From positions 8,572-72,571 of the forward strand of contig CAZOGU010000001.1 of assembly GCA_964579625.1 (NCBI GenBank): a stretch of 64,000 nt of DNA, written 5' to 3'. Source of the stretch: an uncultured Pseudobdellovibrionaceae bacterium (GTDB lineage Bacteria; Bdellovibrionota; Bdellovibrionia; Bdellovibrionales; JAGQZY01). The number at the start of each line of letters is the position of its first letter. The first letter of the stretch is position 1. The notes under the pieces are model-generated. The model saw nothing but the letters and a program-made list of their open reading frames with translations. It had not been told where the DNA came from and did not search any database. The translations under genes and the position numbers were made by a program. Of the stretch, positions 15,385-24,337 are shown one piece after another.

Positions 15385-16569
15385 TCAAAGGATTTCCAGC
15401 TCTCCTTGTAAAGCCCCAGAAGCCTTGATGTTTTGTAAAATGACAATCAGGTCTTTTGGAGAGACGCCCATTTGATTCAAACTTTGGACGAGCTCGCCAA
15501 CACTCACTGACTCTTGTAGTAACTTTACGTTTTGATCTTTTTTAGGTCCACTATTGTTTGCCGCGATCGAAGCCGGTGCACGCATCGGCACACTTTCCAT
15601 AGGCGGAGCCATTTCGGGCGCGATGGTGGGTGCGGGAGCGGGAACAACCGTCGGCGGTGTTGGTGTTTCCGCAGGAGTGGGCATCGCCTCTGGAGCAGAT
15701 ACCGCGGCCACCGGTGCAGGTGCCGGCGCCGGTTTTGCACCCACCTTCAGGTTGATATCACCATGACTGATCGCTACAGTACTGATGCGAACATTTTCTC
15801 CGATGATCACAGTTCCTGTTTTTTCGTTGATAACGACTTTGGCTTTTTGATCCGGCTCCACATTGAGGGATTCGATCGTTGCTAAAAGTTCGATTCCTTT
15901 TCCTTCGTAGGAAAATGGCACCACCACATCGATCGTTGCAGGATCCATCGCTGTTGCATACTTTCCGCCAAGATCCATGTTGACCGTCTGTGCGATCCGC
16001 ACGGCCGTTGTGATATCTGGATTGTGCAATGTCAGGCGATACATTTTACGATTGGTAAAGTTTTCTTGCAGAACATCTTTTTCGATAATGGCGCCACCGG
16101 AGATTTTACCGGCTGTCGAATGAACTGTTTTTCCAGATGTGCGACCAATGGAGATCGCTCCCTGTGCCACCGCGTAGACATTTTGATCAGACGCGCGAAG
16201 CGGCGACTGTACAAGTGTGCCGTTTTCGAGGCTTGAGGCATCGCCGATGGAGTTAACAGTGATATCCATCTTGTTTCCCGCTCGAGCAAAAGCGGGAAGC
16301 GTGGCAGTGATTAACACAGCTGCGACATTCTTTTTGGCCACTTCGCCGTCGTCGACTTTGATTCCTAATTTTTCGAGCATACGGGCCATACTTTTATTGG
16401 TGAATTCACTTTTACTATCGCCCGTTCCTTTGAGACCAACCACTAAACCGTAACCAATCAACTGGTTGTCACGAACACCGCGAACGTTGGCAATGTCTTT
16501 CAGACGAACAGCATGTGCATTCGATGCAAAAAAGAAAATCGTTAAAAAGACTCTCCCAAGATAAATCAT
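15385..16569 (-). CDS. flgI: flagellar P-ring protein FlgI
   Basis: N-terminus ...RLKDIANVRGVRDNQLIGYGLVVGL.GTGD and C-terminus ...DLIVILQNIKASGALQGELEIL, both typical of FlgI. It contains an unusual Pro/Ala-rich segment. Confidence 0.9.
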   Translation of the reverse strand: MIYLGRVFLTIFFFASNAHAVRLKDIANVRGVRDNQLIGYGLVVGLKGTGDSKSEFTNKSMARMLEKLGIKVDDGEVAKKNVAAVLITATLPAFARAGNKMDITVNSIGDASSLENGTLVQSPLRASDQNVYAVAQGAISIGRTSGKTVHSTAGKISGGAIIEKDVLQENFTNRKMYRLTLHNPDITTAVRIAQTVNMDLGGKYATAMDPATIDVVVPFSYEGKGIELLATIESLNVEPDQKAKVVINEKTGTVIIGENVRISTVAISHGDINLKVGAKPAPAPAPVAAVSAPEAMPTPAETPTPPTVVPAPAPTIAPEMAPPMESVPMRAPASIAANNSGPKKDQNVKLLQESVSVGELVQSLNQMGVSPKDLIVILQNIKASGALQGELEIL

Positions 16570-17387
16570 AAAGCCTCACTCTTCTTATCGCTGATAATAT
16601 CAAACACCGGATCGATAAGAGCTTCTGCACTCATGCCCTTTTCGTTGTATTCTTCGGATCGAATCGTTCCCATAACTAATAGTTTGTATTCGCGTTTGCC
16701 AATCATAAAAGGCTGCTCACCCTTGACTCGATAGTTTCCATCTTTTTGAATTTCAACAATTCGTGTGGAGACAGAGCGAATCGGGAACTCTTTGTTTTTT
16801 GCAAGGCCCTTAATCTCTTCTTCTTCGTCGCCAATTTTTTTAAGAACTTTATCTTGCTCTTTCATTTGCTGTTCGGGAGTTGGTCCCTCTGGTTTTTCTT
16901 CTTCCTCGGGTCCTATTCCAAACAAAGAGGCGAGTCCGCGAGATTCTGCTTTTTCAGTGTCCTGCTGCTCTTTGTACTCTGGGGTCATTTGTTTTTTGAG
17001 TTCTTCTTGTTTGAGTTTAATATCTTGCTTTTGTTCATTGAGAATTTCCGAAAGAAGTTTAGCAATCGTATTCACCTTGGTTTGAACTTGCTCTTTAGGA
17101 TAGCCTTCGAGCTTGATCTCTAGAAGGTCACCAAGAAGACGTTGGTTGTTGTTAGCAAAAAGAAAAGACGATTGGCCGCGGCTCACCCAGAGAGAACCGC
17201 TTTGTTCATAGAGCATTGATTCTTCTTCCATGCTTCGACGAGTGGTGCGCCGTGCTTCGGGCTCCGCTTTCTTTTCTTCTTTAACGGGTGGAACCACCTC
17301 GTTATGACGACGAAAAAGATCTGCAAGTGTTGAACAGCCCACAAAACTCATCAGAACAAAAAGAGAAAAAACAATCTGCTTCATCAC
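16566..17387 (-). CDS. flgH: flagellar L-ring lipoprotein FlgH
   Basis: Lipobox ...SFVGC, the motif SLWVSRGQSSFLFANNNQRLLGDLLEIKL, and an FlgH-type C-terminal region. It carries a Lys/Glu-rich insertion. Confidence 0.85.
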   Translation of the reverse strand: MMKQIVFSLFVLMSFVGCSTLADLFRRHNEVVPPVKEEKKAEPEARRTTRRSMEEESMLYEQSGSLWVSRGQSSFLFANNNQRLLGDLLEIKLEGYPKEQVQTKVNTIAKLLSEILNEQKQDIKLKQEELKKQMTPEYKEQQDTEKAESRGLASLFGIGPEEEEKPEGPTPEQQMKEQDKVLKKIGDEEEEIKGLAKNKEFPIRSVSTRIVEIQKDGNYRVKGEQPFMIGKREYKLLVMGTIRSEEYNEKGMSAEALIDPVFDIISDKKSEAL

Positions 17388-18316
17388 AACCTCACTCGAG
17401 AATCACCCACAATAACCGCGGTGATCTGCTTTTGCGTTTTATGAATGCGAATGGGAATCCGCTCCCCGAGTTTTCCTCCTCGTTGGGCCGTTCCGCTCAT
17501 TTCGACAAAAATGGATCCATTTTGAATTTCTACAGCCACCGATTCGCCCAGCTTTACGCTTTGACGATCGACCAAATCATCCATGGTCAATAGCTGTGCA
17601 TTGTTGAGAGAACGTTTAAGTTCTTTTCCGAGAAGGTCCTTAACATCCGCAAAGGATCTTTGTTCGTTGGTGACATCGCGGAGCTGAACCACAAAGTCGC
17701 TTGCCTGTGCGATGTGCCCCTTCATCAGTGCTTTTTGAATCACAAGTACAGGACGCTGTACGCGAACCCATGTTTGCAATATGAGCGGATTTAACACTTG
17801 GTCATCAAAATAAACCCGCAACATCACTGCTCCGCGAAGATCCCGTAGATCGTGCTGGAGATCCCAGTGTGAAAACGTGCTAGGCACTTGTCCTCTGAGA
17901 ACATTCAGATTGGAAAGTTGAAACGTGCAAGATGGGCAGGTTTTTTGCAAACGCTGTACGATCTCTTCTTGCACAATGGGTAACGAAAATGTTTCGGCTT
18001 TTTGTTCTTCTTTTGGACTGCGTGCAAAAATGAGCTGCACACGACAATCACACTCGTGTTCGTAAACTGTCGTTTGCTGGCGAATTTTACGAATCAGATC
18101 CACTTTTGAGAGCTTGCGATAGTCTTCGGGGTGAAGAGCTAAAATCAATTCACCCAGCTCGATGACTTGCGTTGCTGGTAGACCCTTGATCTCTGCCACA
18201 TCACGCAAATACACAACGCTTCCTTCGTGCCACTGCGGGAGCGCACGAAAATGAATCGTCGGATCTGCCGACGAGCAAGAAATTAAAAAAGAAAATACAA
18301 ACTGAAAAAGAATCAT
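17384..18316 (-). CDS. flgA: flagellar P-ring assembly chaperone FlgA
   Basis: C-terminal SAF-type domain ...VKLGESVAVEIQNGSIFVEMSGTAQRGGKLGERIPIRI.... Located between flgG and flgH. Confidence 0.8.
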   Translation of the reverse strand: MILFQFVFSFLISCSSADPTIHFRALPQWHEGSVVYLRDVAEIKGLPATQVIELGELILALHPEDYRKLSKVDLIRKIRQQTTVYEHECDCRVQLIFARSPKEEQKAETFSLPIVQEEIVQRLQKTCPSCTFQLSNLNVLRGQVPSTFSHWDLQHDLRDLRGAVMLRVYFDDQVLNPLILQTWVRVQRPVLVIQKALMKGHIAQASDFVVQLRDVTNEQRSFADVKDLLGKELKRSLNNAQLLTMDDLVDRQSVKLGESVAVEIQNGSIFVEMSGTAQRGGKLGERIPIRIHKTQKQITAVIVGDSRVRL

Positions 18317-18322
18317 ACCTTC

Positions 18323-19108
18323 CTATCTAATATGCGTTAAGGCCTGTAACATTTGATCGCTGGCCTGAATGACTTTGGAGTTGGTTTCATAAGCTCTTTG
18401 CGTGGTGATCATGTTCACCATTTCTTCGACGATGTTGACGTTACTGGTTTCGAGTTCGCGCTGACCAATGGCTCCATAAGGACCTTGTCCTGGATTTCCA
18501 ACGGCAGCATCACCGCTTGCTGAAGTGGCTAAAAACAAATTGCCACCAATCGCTTTAAGACCCGTAGGATTTACAAACGTCGCTAATTCAATCTGCCCAA
18601 TCACCTGTGGAACTTCGGATCCAGTTGTCAGAACCGAAACTTCACCCTGTGGGTTGATGATGACATCCGCGGCATCATTGGGAAGAACGATCTCTGGCTG
18701 AAGCGTATTTCCGTTAAAATCCACAATGCGTCCGTCAGCCGAGCGATGAAGTTCGCCGTTACGACCGTAGGCCATTGAGCCATCAGGACGCAAAAACTGA
18801 AGGAAACCTTTTCCATTGATGGCCACATCCAATTCACGATTGGTCGTCTGTAACGATCCGAGTGAAAAATCTTTTTGTGTGGCGCCGGTTTTGACTCCCA
18901 ATCCCACTTGCACGCCGGTTGGCGACACGGCATTCAGTCCTGTCGCCGCTCCTGGCTCCTTGATGTTTTGATAGAGAAGATCTTCGAACTCTGCTCTCGT
19001 TTTCTTAAAGCCTGTCGTCGATGTGTTGGCAATGTTGTTGGCGATCGTATCCATATTGGTCTGTTGCGCCTGCATCCCTGTGGCTGCCGTATGCAATGAC
19101 TTAATCAT
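18323..19108 (-). CDS. flgG: flagellar distal rod protein FlgG
   Basis: N-terminus MIKSLHTAATGMQAQQTNMDTIANNIANTSTTGFK and C-terminus ...SNVNIVEEMVNMITTQRAYETNSKVI. Confidence 0.9.
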   Translation of the reverse strand: MIKSLHTAATGMQAQQTNMDTIANNIANTSTTGFKKTRAEFEDLLYQNIKEPGAATGLNAVSPTGVQVGLGVKTGATQKDFSLGSLQTTNRELDVAINGKGFLQFLRPDGSMAYGRNGELHRSADGRIVDFNGNTLQPEIVLPNDAADVIINPQGEVSVLTTGSEVPQVIGQIELATFVNPTGLKAIGGNLFLATSASGDAAVGNPGQGPYGAIGQRELETSNVNIVEEMVNMITTQRAYETNSKVIQASDQMLQALTHIR

Positions 19109-19131
19109 AAAAACTCCTCTACCTCAGATTT

Positions 19132-19950
19132 TTATCTGAGCTTGGTTACGTCGTTCACTAACTTCGAATTCATTTGATCATAAGCTTGAATGGCTTTTTG
19201 TGTGGTTTCGAAAACGCGCGATGTTTTAATCAAGTCCGTCATTTCACTGACCAGATTGACATTGCTCTTTTCGATAGACCCTTGATGCAATTTAAATTGT
19301 GTGGCTTGTTTGAGTGGACTGTTGATGGTTTCGCGAAGCTTATAAAAAGAATTTCCTTCTTTTTGAAAAACATCTTTGTCTTGCGCGGTGACCATTGAGA
19401 GTTGTCCGACAAATTGTTCACCCACTTTAAGATGTCCCTGATTGGAAACGCTAAAGCTGGGCTCGTTACCGATGCGCACAAAGCGAGACTCGAGAGCCTG
19501 ATTGGGTTGTTGCTCTTGCATTAAAATGGGATAGCCCTGTTTAGTGACCAGTTCACCGTTTTGATTCATGGTGAACCCACCATTGCGGGTCCAGCGAATT
19601 CCATTGGGAGTTAGCACTTCAAAAAAGCCATCGCCCTCTACGGCCACATCAAATGGATTGTTGGTCACAACCAAAGATCCTTGCGCAAAACTTGTCGATG
19701 TTCCCGCAGAATCCACGTAGCTTTTGTCGGCCCCGTTGACTGGGTAAAAACTATCTATGGTATCGGGAATTTTTATCGATGCTAAACCTTCTTGTTGTTT
19801 TTCGTAGCTCGTTAAATATTCGCGAAACACCTGTTCGTCGCGTTTAAAGGCGGGCGTGTCGGCGTTGGCGATGTTGTTGGCAATGGTGTCCATCTTATCG
19901 GACTGGGCCATGGCTCCACTGACTGCTGTGTAAATACCTTTCATACTCAT
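19132..19950 (-). CDS. flgF: flagellar proximal rod protein FlgF
   Basis: Rod-protein N- and C-terminal motifs (...MDTIANNIANADTPAFKRD; ...SNVNLVSEMTDLIKTSRVFETTQKAI). Located upstream of flgG. Confidence 0.75.
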   Translation of the reverse strand: MSMKGIYTAVSGAMAQSDKMDTIANNIANADTPAFKRDEQVFREYLTSYEKQQEGLASIKIPDTIDSFYPVNGADKSYVDSAGTSTSFAQGSLVVTNNPFDVAVEGDGFFEVLTPNGIRWTRNGGFTMNQNGELVTKQGYPILMQEQQPNQALESRFVRIGNEPSFSVSNQGHLKVGEQFVGQLSMVTAQDKDVFQKEGNSFYKLRETINSPLKQATQFKLHQGSIEKSNVNLVSEMTDLIKTSRVFETTQKAIQAYDQMNSKLVNDVTKLR

Positions 19951-19964
19951 ACAACGTAGTGGTG

Positions 19965-19981
19965 AGCAAAGCTTATGCCGA
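19965..19981 (-). promoter_or_regulatory. sigma-54-like promoter candidate for the flgF operon (minus strand UCGGCAU-AAGCU-UUGCU)
   Basis: The GG and GC elements have correct -24/-12 spacing. The predicted +1 is near 19954, four nt before AUG 19950. No Shine-Dalgarno is visible. Confidence 0.35.
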
Positions 19982-19992
19982 CTGGACTTTCG

Positions 19993-20019
19993 TAAAGTTT
20001 ATTGGCGAGATCGAATCAG
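19993..20019 (+). promoter_or_regulatory. weak sigma-28-like promoter candidate upstream of the lytic transglycosylase
   Basis: TAAAGTTT matches the enteric sigma-28 -35 element 8/8. The -10 region has only tCGAAt, and the spacer is about 2 nt short. Confidence 0.2.
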
Positions 20020-20111
20020 AATGAAACAGAGAGCAACGTGTTACAGACCTTCGTCACAATTCGATGTCGTCCCTCTGACGCAAAGACAATTCTCTGACAT
20101 ATACTTCTTAA

Positions 20112-21029
20112 ATGTTGTTGTTTGTTGATTTACTGATTTCTTTTGCCTTGGCCATCCCCAATCCCGCCGCCCAACCACCAGTCGTGACCGGCGGGGAATC
20201 TCTCACGCAAGCGGCCTCGGACAGCTCTGATCAAGCCCCCATTTTTGATATTCCAATGACCTACAATCATCGCGTGCAGTTTTGGATTCGTCATTTTCAG
20301 ACGAGTGGTCGCAAGGATTTTCAGAAGTGGCTTGCGCGCTCGACACGTTACTCACCATTTATTTTAAAAGAGCTCGAAAAATCGGGTTTGCCAAAAGATA
20401 TCATTTACACGGCGATGGTTGAGAGTGGATTTTCTCCATCGGTGCAAAGCCCGGCGGCGGCCATGGGGCTTTGGCAGTTTATCAAACCCACGGCCGAACG
20501 TTATGGACTCACTGTAAACTGGTGGCTTGATGAGCGAAGAAATTTTGTGAAGAGCACCGCCGCAGCGATCAAGTACAAAAAAGATCTCTATGCGATGTTT
20601 GGCTCGTGGTATTTGGTGTCTGCTAGCTACAACTGTGGCGAACGAAAAATTGTGAACTTGATTAAAAAATATGGCACGAATAATTTTTGGGAAATGGCGC
20701 AACTGGGAGTTTTACCAAGAGAGACTGCCGACTATGTTCCAAAGATTCTTGCCGCCACGATGATTGCAAAAGCTCCAGGCCTCTATGGTTTTCGCAACAT
20801 TGATTACTCGGTTCCTTACGAGTTCGACATGGCTCCGGTTCCAGGCGGAACGGATCTTTACAATCTTGCGCAGTATCTTGGTGTGAATGCCAACTATCTT
20901 AAAGAACTCAATCCCGATTTGATTCATGGATTTATTCCGCCAGCGATTCCGTTTCACACCATCAAGGTGCCAAAGGGATCGGCCAAACTCGTCGCTCAGT
21001 ATAGCGACAAACTCACTCGACAATTGTAA
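20112..21029 (+). CDS. lytic transglycosylase (SLT domain) with C-terminal LysM-like domain
   Basis: Catalytic region ...MVESGFSPSVQSPAAAMGLWQF.... LysM-like segment ...TDLYNLAQYLGVNANYLKELNP.... Confidence 0.75.
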   Translation: MLLFVDLLISFALAIPNPAAQPPVVTGGESLTQAASDSSDQAPIFDIPMTYNHRVQFWIRHFQTSGRKDFQKWLARSTRYSPFILKELEKSGLPKDIIYTAMVESGFSPSVQSPAAAMGLWQFIKPTAERYGLTVNWWLDERRNFVKSTAAAIKYKKDLYAMFGSWYLVSASYNCGERKIVNLIKKYGTNNFWEMAQLGVLPRETADYVPKILAATMIAKAPGLYGFRNIDYSVPYEFDMAPVPGGTDLYNLAQYLGVNANYLKELNPDLIHGFIPPAIPFHTIKVPKGSAKLVAQYSDKLTRQL

Positions 21030-21071
21030 TCTTTGACATCAGGCACTCCGAGGTTCGCTGATCGGGTAGGT

Positions 21072-21638
21072 TTAGCGATTTACGCACTTGTTCACAAAGC
21101 CCGAAGCTGTTCCGACGGTGACGTGTTCACTGGAGCATTTAAGGGGGGCGCAGTCGGAGTCGAAGGAGCATTGGCTCATTTTTTTGAGTGCGTCCTCGTC
21201 TCGATCTTTTTGTTTATCTTCCATCGCCACAAGTTGGCGTTTGATTTCAGCGTTATGCTCTTCTTCTTGCTTTTCCAGCTGTTTTTTAACTTGGTAGACT
21301 CTTAATCCAGCGGTGTAACCTTTGTTAAATTCTTTTGCGAGTTCCTCGGGGCAAATCTGATTATTTACCGCCCCTCCTTCACCATGCTCTAGGCCATTTT
21401 CAAAAGTGCAAAAGGCTTTAACCCCTTCGCGGTATCCTTCGGCGTAGTCGGCACGGGAAGCTCTGACTTTGTGTTTTGTGCATAGCTTTTCTCGTTTGCG
21501 AAACATCTCAAATGTTTCGCCATTTTTTGCATCTTGAAAACCGAGCTTTGACCAATCGGCCGTTTGACACTGTTTTTCGGTCATCATGGTACAACCTGTG
21601 GCAAACAGTGCGAAAAAAATAACTGCGATAGACTTCAT
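21072..21638 (-). CDS. DUF2799-type lipoprotein
   Basis: Lipobox MKSIAVIFFALFATGC. Repeated motifs C..ADW..LGFQDAKNG and ...DYAEGYREG.... GGGGGA precedes ATG 21638. The track start at 21713 is probably too long. Confidence 0.55.
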   Translation of the reverse strand: MKSIAVIFFALFATGCTMMTEKQCQTADWSKLGFQDAKNGETFEMFRKREKLCTKHKVRASRADYAEGYREGVKAFCTFENGLEHGEGGAVNNQICPEELAKEFNKGYTAGLRVYQVKKQLEKQEEEHNAEIKRQLVAMEDKQKDRDEDALKKMSQCSFDSDCAPLKCSSEHVTVGTASGFVNKCVNR

Positions 21639-21842
21639 AAGTCCCCCGTATTGTTTGCCCTCGATATTAAGAAGAACACGTTTTATGTCCACCAAAATCT
21701 CTCTGACGCCCATGCTGCTTTGCAGCCTTACGAAGAATACAGTCCTCTCAAGCGCTGATGCTGCGCATCTCCCAAAGGTACTTAGTGCCTTTTTGAGGTC
21801 GAATGACCTATATTTTGGCCGTCTTAACTGACAGGGGGAATC

Positions 21843-22253
21843 ATGAAAACATTTTTTTTAATCACATTGCTATTTGCTCAATCCGTCTTAGCTGCTGGCC
21901 TACCTAAAACGGCTAAAATTGTTCTGCAGCTTGATCAAGAACCAATCACGGTGCAATTTCCAAAATTGGATTTATCCAAAGCAATAATGAGCGATGTCGG
22001 TAGTCTTGTGACATTTTCTGAAACGGGAAACATCGTCGTTGGCCCAATCACTTACAAGATGGACAAAACTGCCTTTATGGTCCTGAAGGACGAGAAAAAA
22101 GGCTTAACAATCGAAAATATTAAATTTGCTCGCTATCGCCTTTACTCAGAAGAGATCGGTGCAGTTGTTGCCAACATCGTGGTCGACACCGAAACAGGTA
22201 ACGTCACGATCAACAAATCAACTCTCAAAGGCCAAGTCACCGAGTGGTACTAA
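21843..22253 (+). CDS. hypothetical secreted protein
   Basis: Signal peptide MKTFFLITLLFAQSVLA. GGGGGA lies upstream of the start. Confidence 0.5.
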   Translation: MKTFFLITLLFAQSVLAAGLPKTAKIVLQLDQEPITVQFPKLDLSKAIMSDVGSLVTFSETGNIVVGPITYKMDKTAFMVLKDEKKGLTIENIKFARYRLYSEEIGAVVANIVVDTETGNVTINKSTLKGQVTEWY

Positions 22254-22259
22254 GTCTTA

Positions 22260-23096
22260 TCAGTTCAGTGGCAGAGCAAAGTAATTGAGATATTTGTAAT
22301 ACGGAAGTGGCTCTTCGACAGTGAAGAGTCCTTTCTGTGGATCTAAGGCATGCATTTGGTACTTTCGCTCTTTAAAAAATGCAAAAATCTCTTCGCCGCT
22401 TGTTCCGGTATCAAGGAGGCAAGGTTCGTTCAGCTCGATGCATATACGCGGGCGATCTTTTTCAATCAGATTTGTGGCACCCTTTAAAACTTTGTGTTCG
22501 TAGCCCTCGACATCGATCTTCATCAGATCAACTTTTCCAATTTGCTTTTCGCGGCAAAATTCATCCAACGTAATCACAGAGCGTTTAATCTTCTCTCCAG
22601 AAAACAAATCGCGATGGGCCATTCGTCCCCACCCGCTTTCTTCTTTGGGTGGAATTAAAAATTCGGTTTCACCTTTTTGATCGGCCACACACACTTCTTG
22701 CAAATGCATTTTTGAAAACTGATTCAATTGCTGATTTTTTTTATAGGCCTCGATGTTTTGTGGAAGGGGTTCAAAAGAGTAAACCTCTGCTTGTGGGGAC
22801 ATTTGTTTTACAAGAAAACTAAAATACCCAATGTTCGCTCCCACGTCCAAAAACACCTGACTGGTTTTTGCCATTTCTTTAAAAACCATTTCCGTTTCCG
22901 GCTCGTGACAACGCTTCATAAACATCACCGACTGCATGCGATCTCGCAGATCGAGTTGCAAACGAAAACCTGTGAGCATCTTTTGTTCTTGTTTTGCTTG
23001 TGGTGGTGAAAAGTATTTTAACAACTTTTGGCCGATAAAGTTTTTGCCGCGAAAATTTGGAATTTTTGTGTACGTTTTTAATAGTTGCATGTTCAT
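22260..23096 (-). CDS. FkbM-family SAM-dependent methyltransferase
   Basis: The motif FLDVGANIGYFS and FkbM-like length. ATG 23096 lies 1 nt after the SDR stop. Confidence 0.7.
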   Translation of the reverse strand: MNMQLLKTYTKIPNFRGKNFIGQKLLKYFSPPQAKQEQKMLTGFRLQLDLRDRMQSVMFMKRCHEPETEMVFKEMAKTSQVFLDVGANIGYFSFLVKQMSPQAEVYSFEPLPQNIEAYKKNQQLNQFSKMHLQEVCVADQKGETEFLIPPKEESGWGRMAHRDLFSGEKIKRSVITLDEFCREKQIGKVDLMKIDVEGYEHKVLKGATNLIEKDRPRICIELNEPCLLDTGTSGEEIFAFFKERKYQMHALDPQKGLFTVEEPLPYYKYLNYFALPLN

Positions 23097-23097
23097 C

Positions 23098-23850
23098 TTA
23101 TGTCCTATGAACGTCACGCAGGGACGCTTGATCTGTGGGATAAACAACCATTTCTTGTATGTTGACGTGAGCGGGGCGCTGTAAGCTCCACAAAATGGTT
23201 TCAGCGATGTCTTTCGCCGAAAGCGGCGTCATGTTTTTATAAACTTGTTTGGCTTTTTCTTTATCTTGAAAGCGCACTTCCGAAAACTCTGTGTCCACCA
23301 TTCCTGGCTCGATATTTGTGACGCGAATTCCTGTTCCAATAAGATCCATGCGCAAACACTCAGATATAGCACGGACGGAAAATTTGGTGGCGCAATAAAC
23401 AGCTCCTCCTGGGTAGCTCCAACGACCGGCGACAGAACCGATATTCACAACATGGCCGCTTTTGTTCTCTACCATTTGCGGAAGTACATTCCGCGTGATC
23501 CATAAAAGTCCGCGCAGATTGGTGTCGATCATTTCGTCCCAGTCTTCCATTTTTCCTTTATGAAGAGGATCTGTACCGCGAGCCAACCCAGCGTTATTCA
23601 CAAGCACATTCACCTCTGCGGTGATTTTTTGATTTTGCGAAAACCATTGCGTTGTCGCCTGCCGATCGCGCACATCAAAAGGAGCTAAATGAACCGTGCA
23701 GTGTGATGAAAGTTCTTTTTGCACAGCTTCGAGTCGCTCTTGGCGACGGCCATTGATAATCAGTTGTTTGCAAAAGGGCGCGAGCATTTTTGCCGTCTCC
23801 AAGCCGATGCCCGAAGTGGCTCCCGTGATCAGTGCCGAAAAGGTCTTCAT
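23098..23850 (-). CDS. SDR-family NAD(P)-dependent oxidoreductase (YdfG-like)
   Basis: TGATSGIG cofactor motif, NNAG, and Y..xK (YCATK). Confidence 0.8.
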   Translation of the reverse strand: MKTFSALITGATSGIGLETAKMLAPFCKQLIINGRRQERLEAVQKELSSHCTVHLAPFDVRDRQATTQWFSQNQKITAEVNVLVNNAGLARGTDPLHKGKMEDWDEMIDTNLRGLLWITRNVLPQMVENKSGHVVNIGSVAGRWSYPGGAVYCATKFSVRAISECLRMDLIGTGIRVTNIEPGMVDTEFSEVRFQDKEKAKQVYKNMTPLSAKDIAETILWSLQRPAHVNIQEMVVYPTDQASLRDVHRT

Positions 23851-24311
23851 ATGAGGCCTCCAAAATCCAAGTTCGCCAACAAAGTGGCGACAGCTTTTTC
23901 GTAAAATTCTTGATCCTTCTGATTAAAACGCGCGAGCTTTGGAGAATCAACATCCAACACACCAATGAGTTTACCGTTTTGAACGAGGGGCACAACGATT
24001 TCTGATTTGGACCGCGAATCGCACACAATATGACCAGGAAATTCATCCACATTGTCGACAATAACAGTGCGCCGCTGTTGGGCCGCAGTTCCGCAAACCC
24101 CTTTACCAATAGCAATCTGAGTGCAGGCCGGATGACCCTGAAAAGGACCTAGGATTAATTTTTCGCCATCGTACAAATAAAAACCCAACCAATTGATCTC
24201 CGATTGGCTCGCCATCAAAAGCGCACTTACATTGGCAAGACTCCCCATCAAATTGTGCTGTTCACAATAAGCCGACAAATCCCCAAGCACATCATCACTC
24301 AAAATCTTCAT
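23847..24311 (-). CDS. GAF-domain protein, free methionine-(R)-sulfoxide reductase-like
   Basis: ...GFYLYDGEKLILGPFQGHPACTQIAIGKGVCGTAA...HIVCDSRSKSEIVVPL resembles the fRMsr/YebR family. ATG 24311 is preferred over the track start at 24341. Confidence 0.65.
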   Translation of the reverse strand: MKILSDDVLGDLSAYCEQHNLMGSLANVSALLMASQSEINWLGFYLYDGEKLILGPFQGHPACTQIAIGKGVCGTAAQQRRTVIVDNVDEFPGHIVCDSRSKSEIVVPLVQNGKLIGVLDVDSPKLARFNQKDQEFYEKAVATLLANLDFGGLI

Positions 24312-24337
24312 ACCCACCAAACTACTGCGACTCCCTC

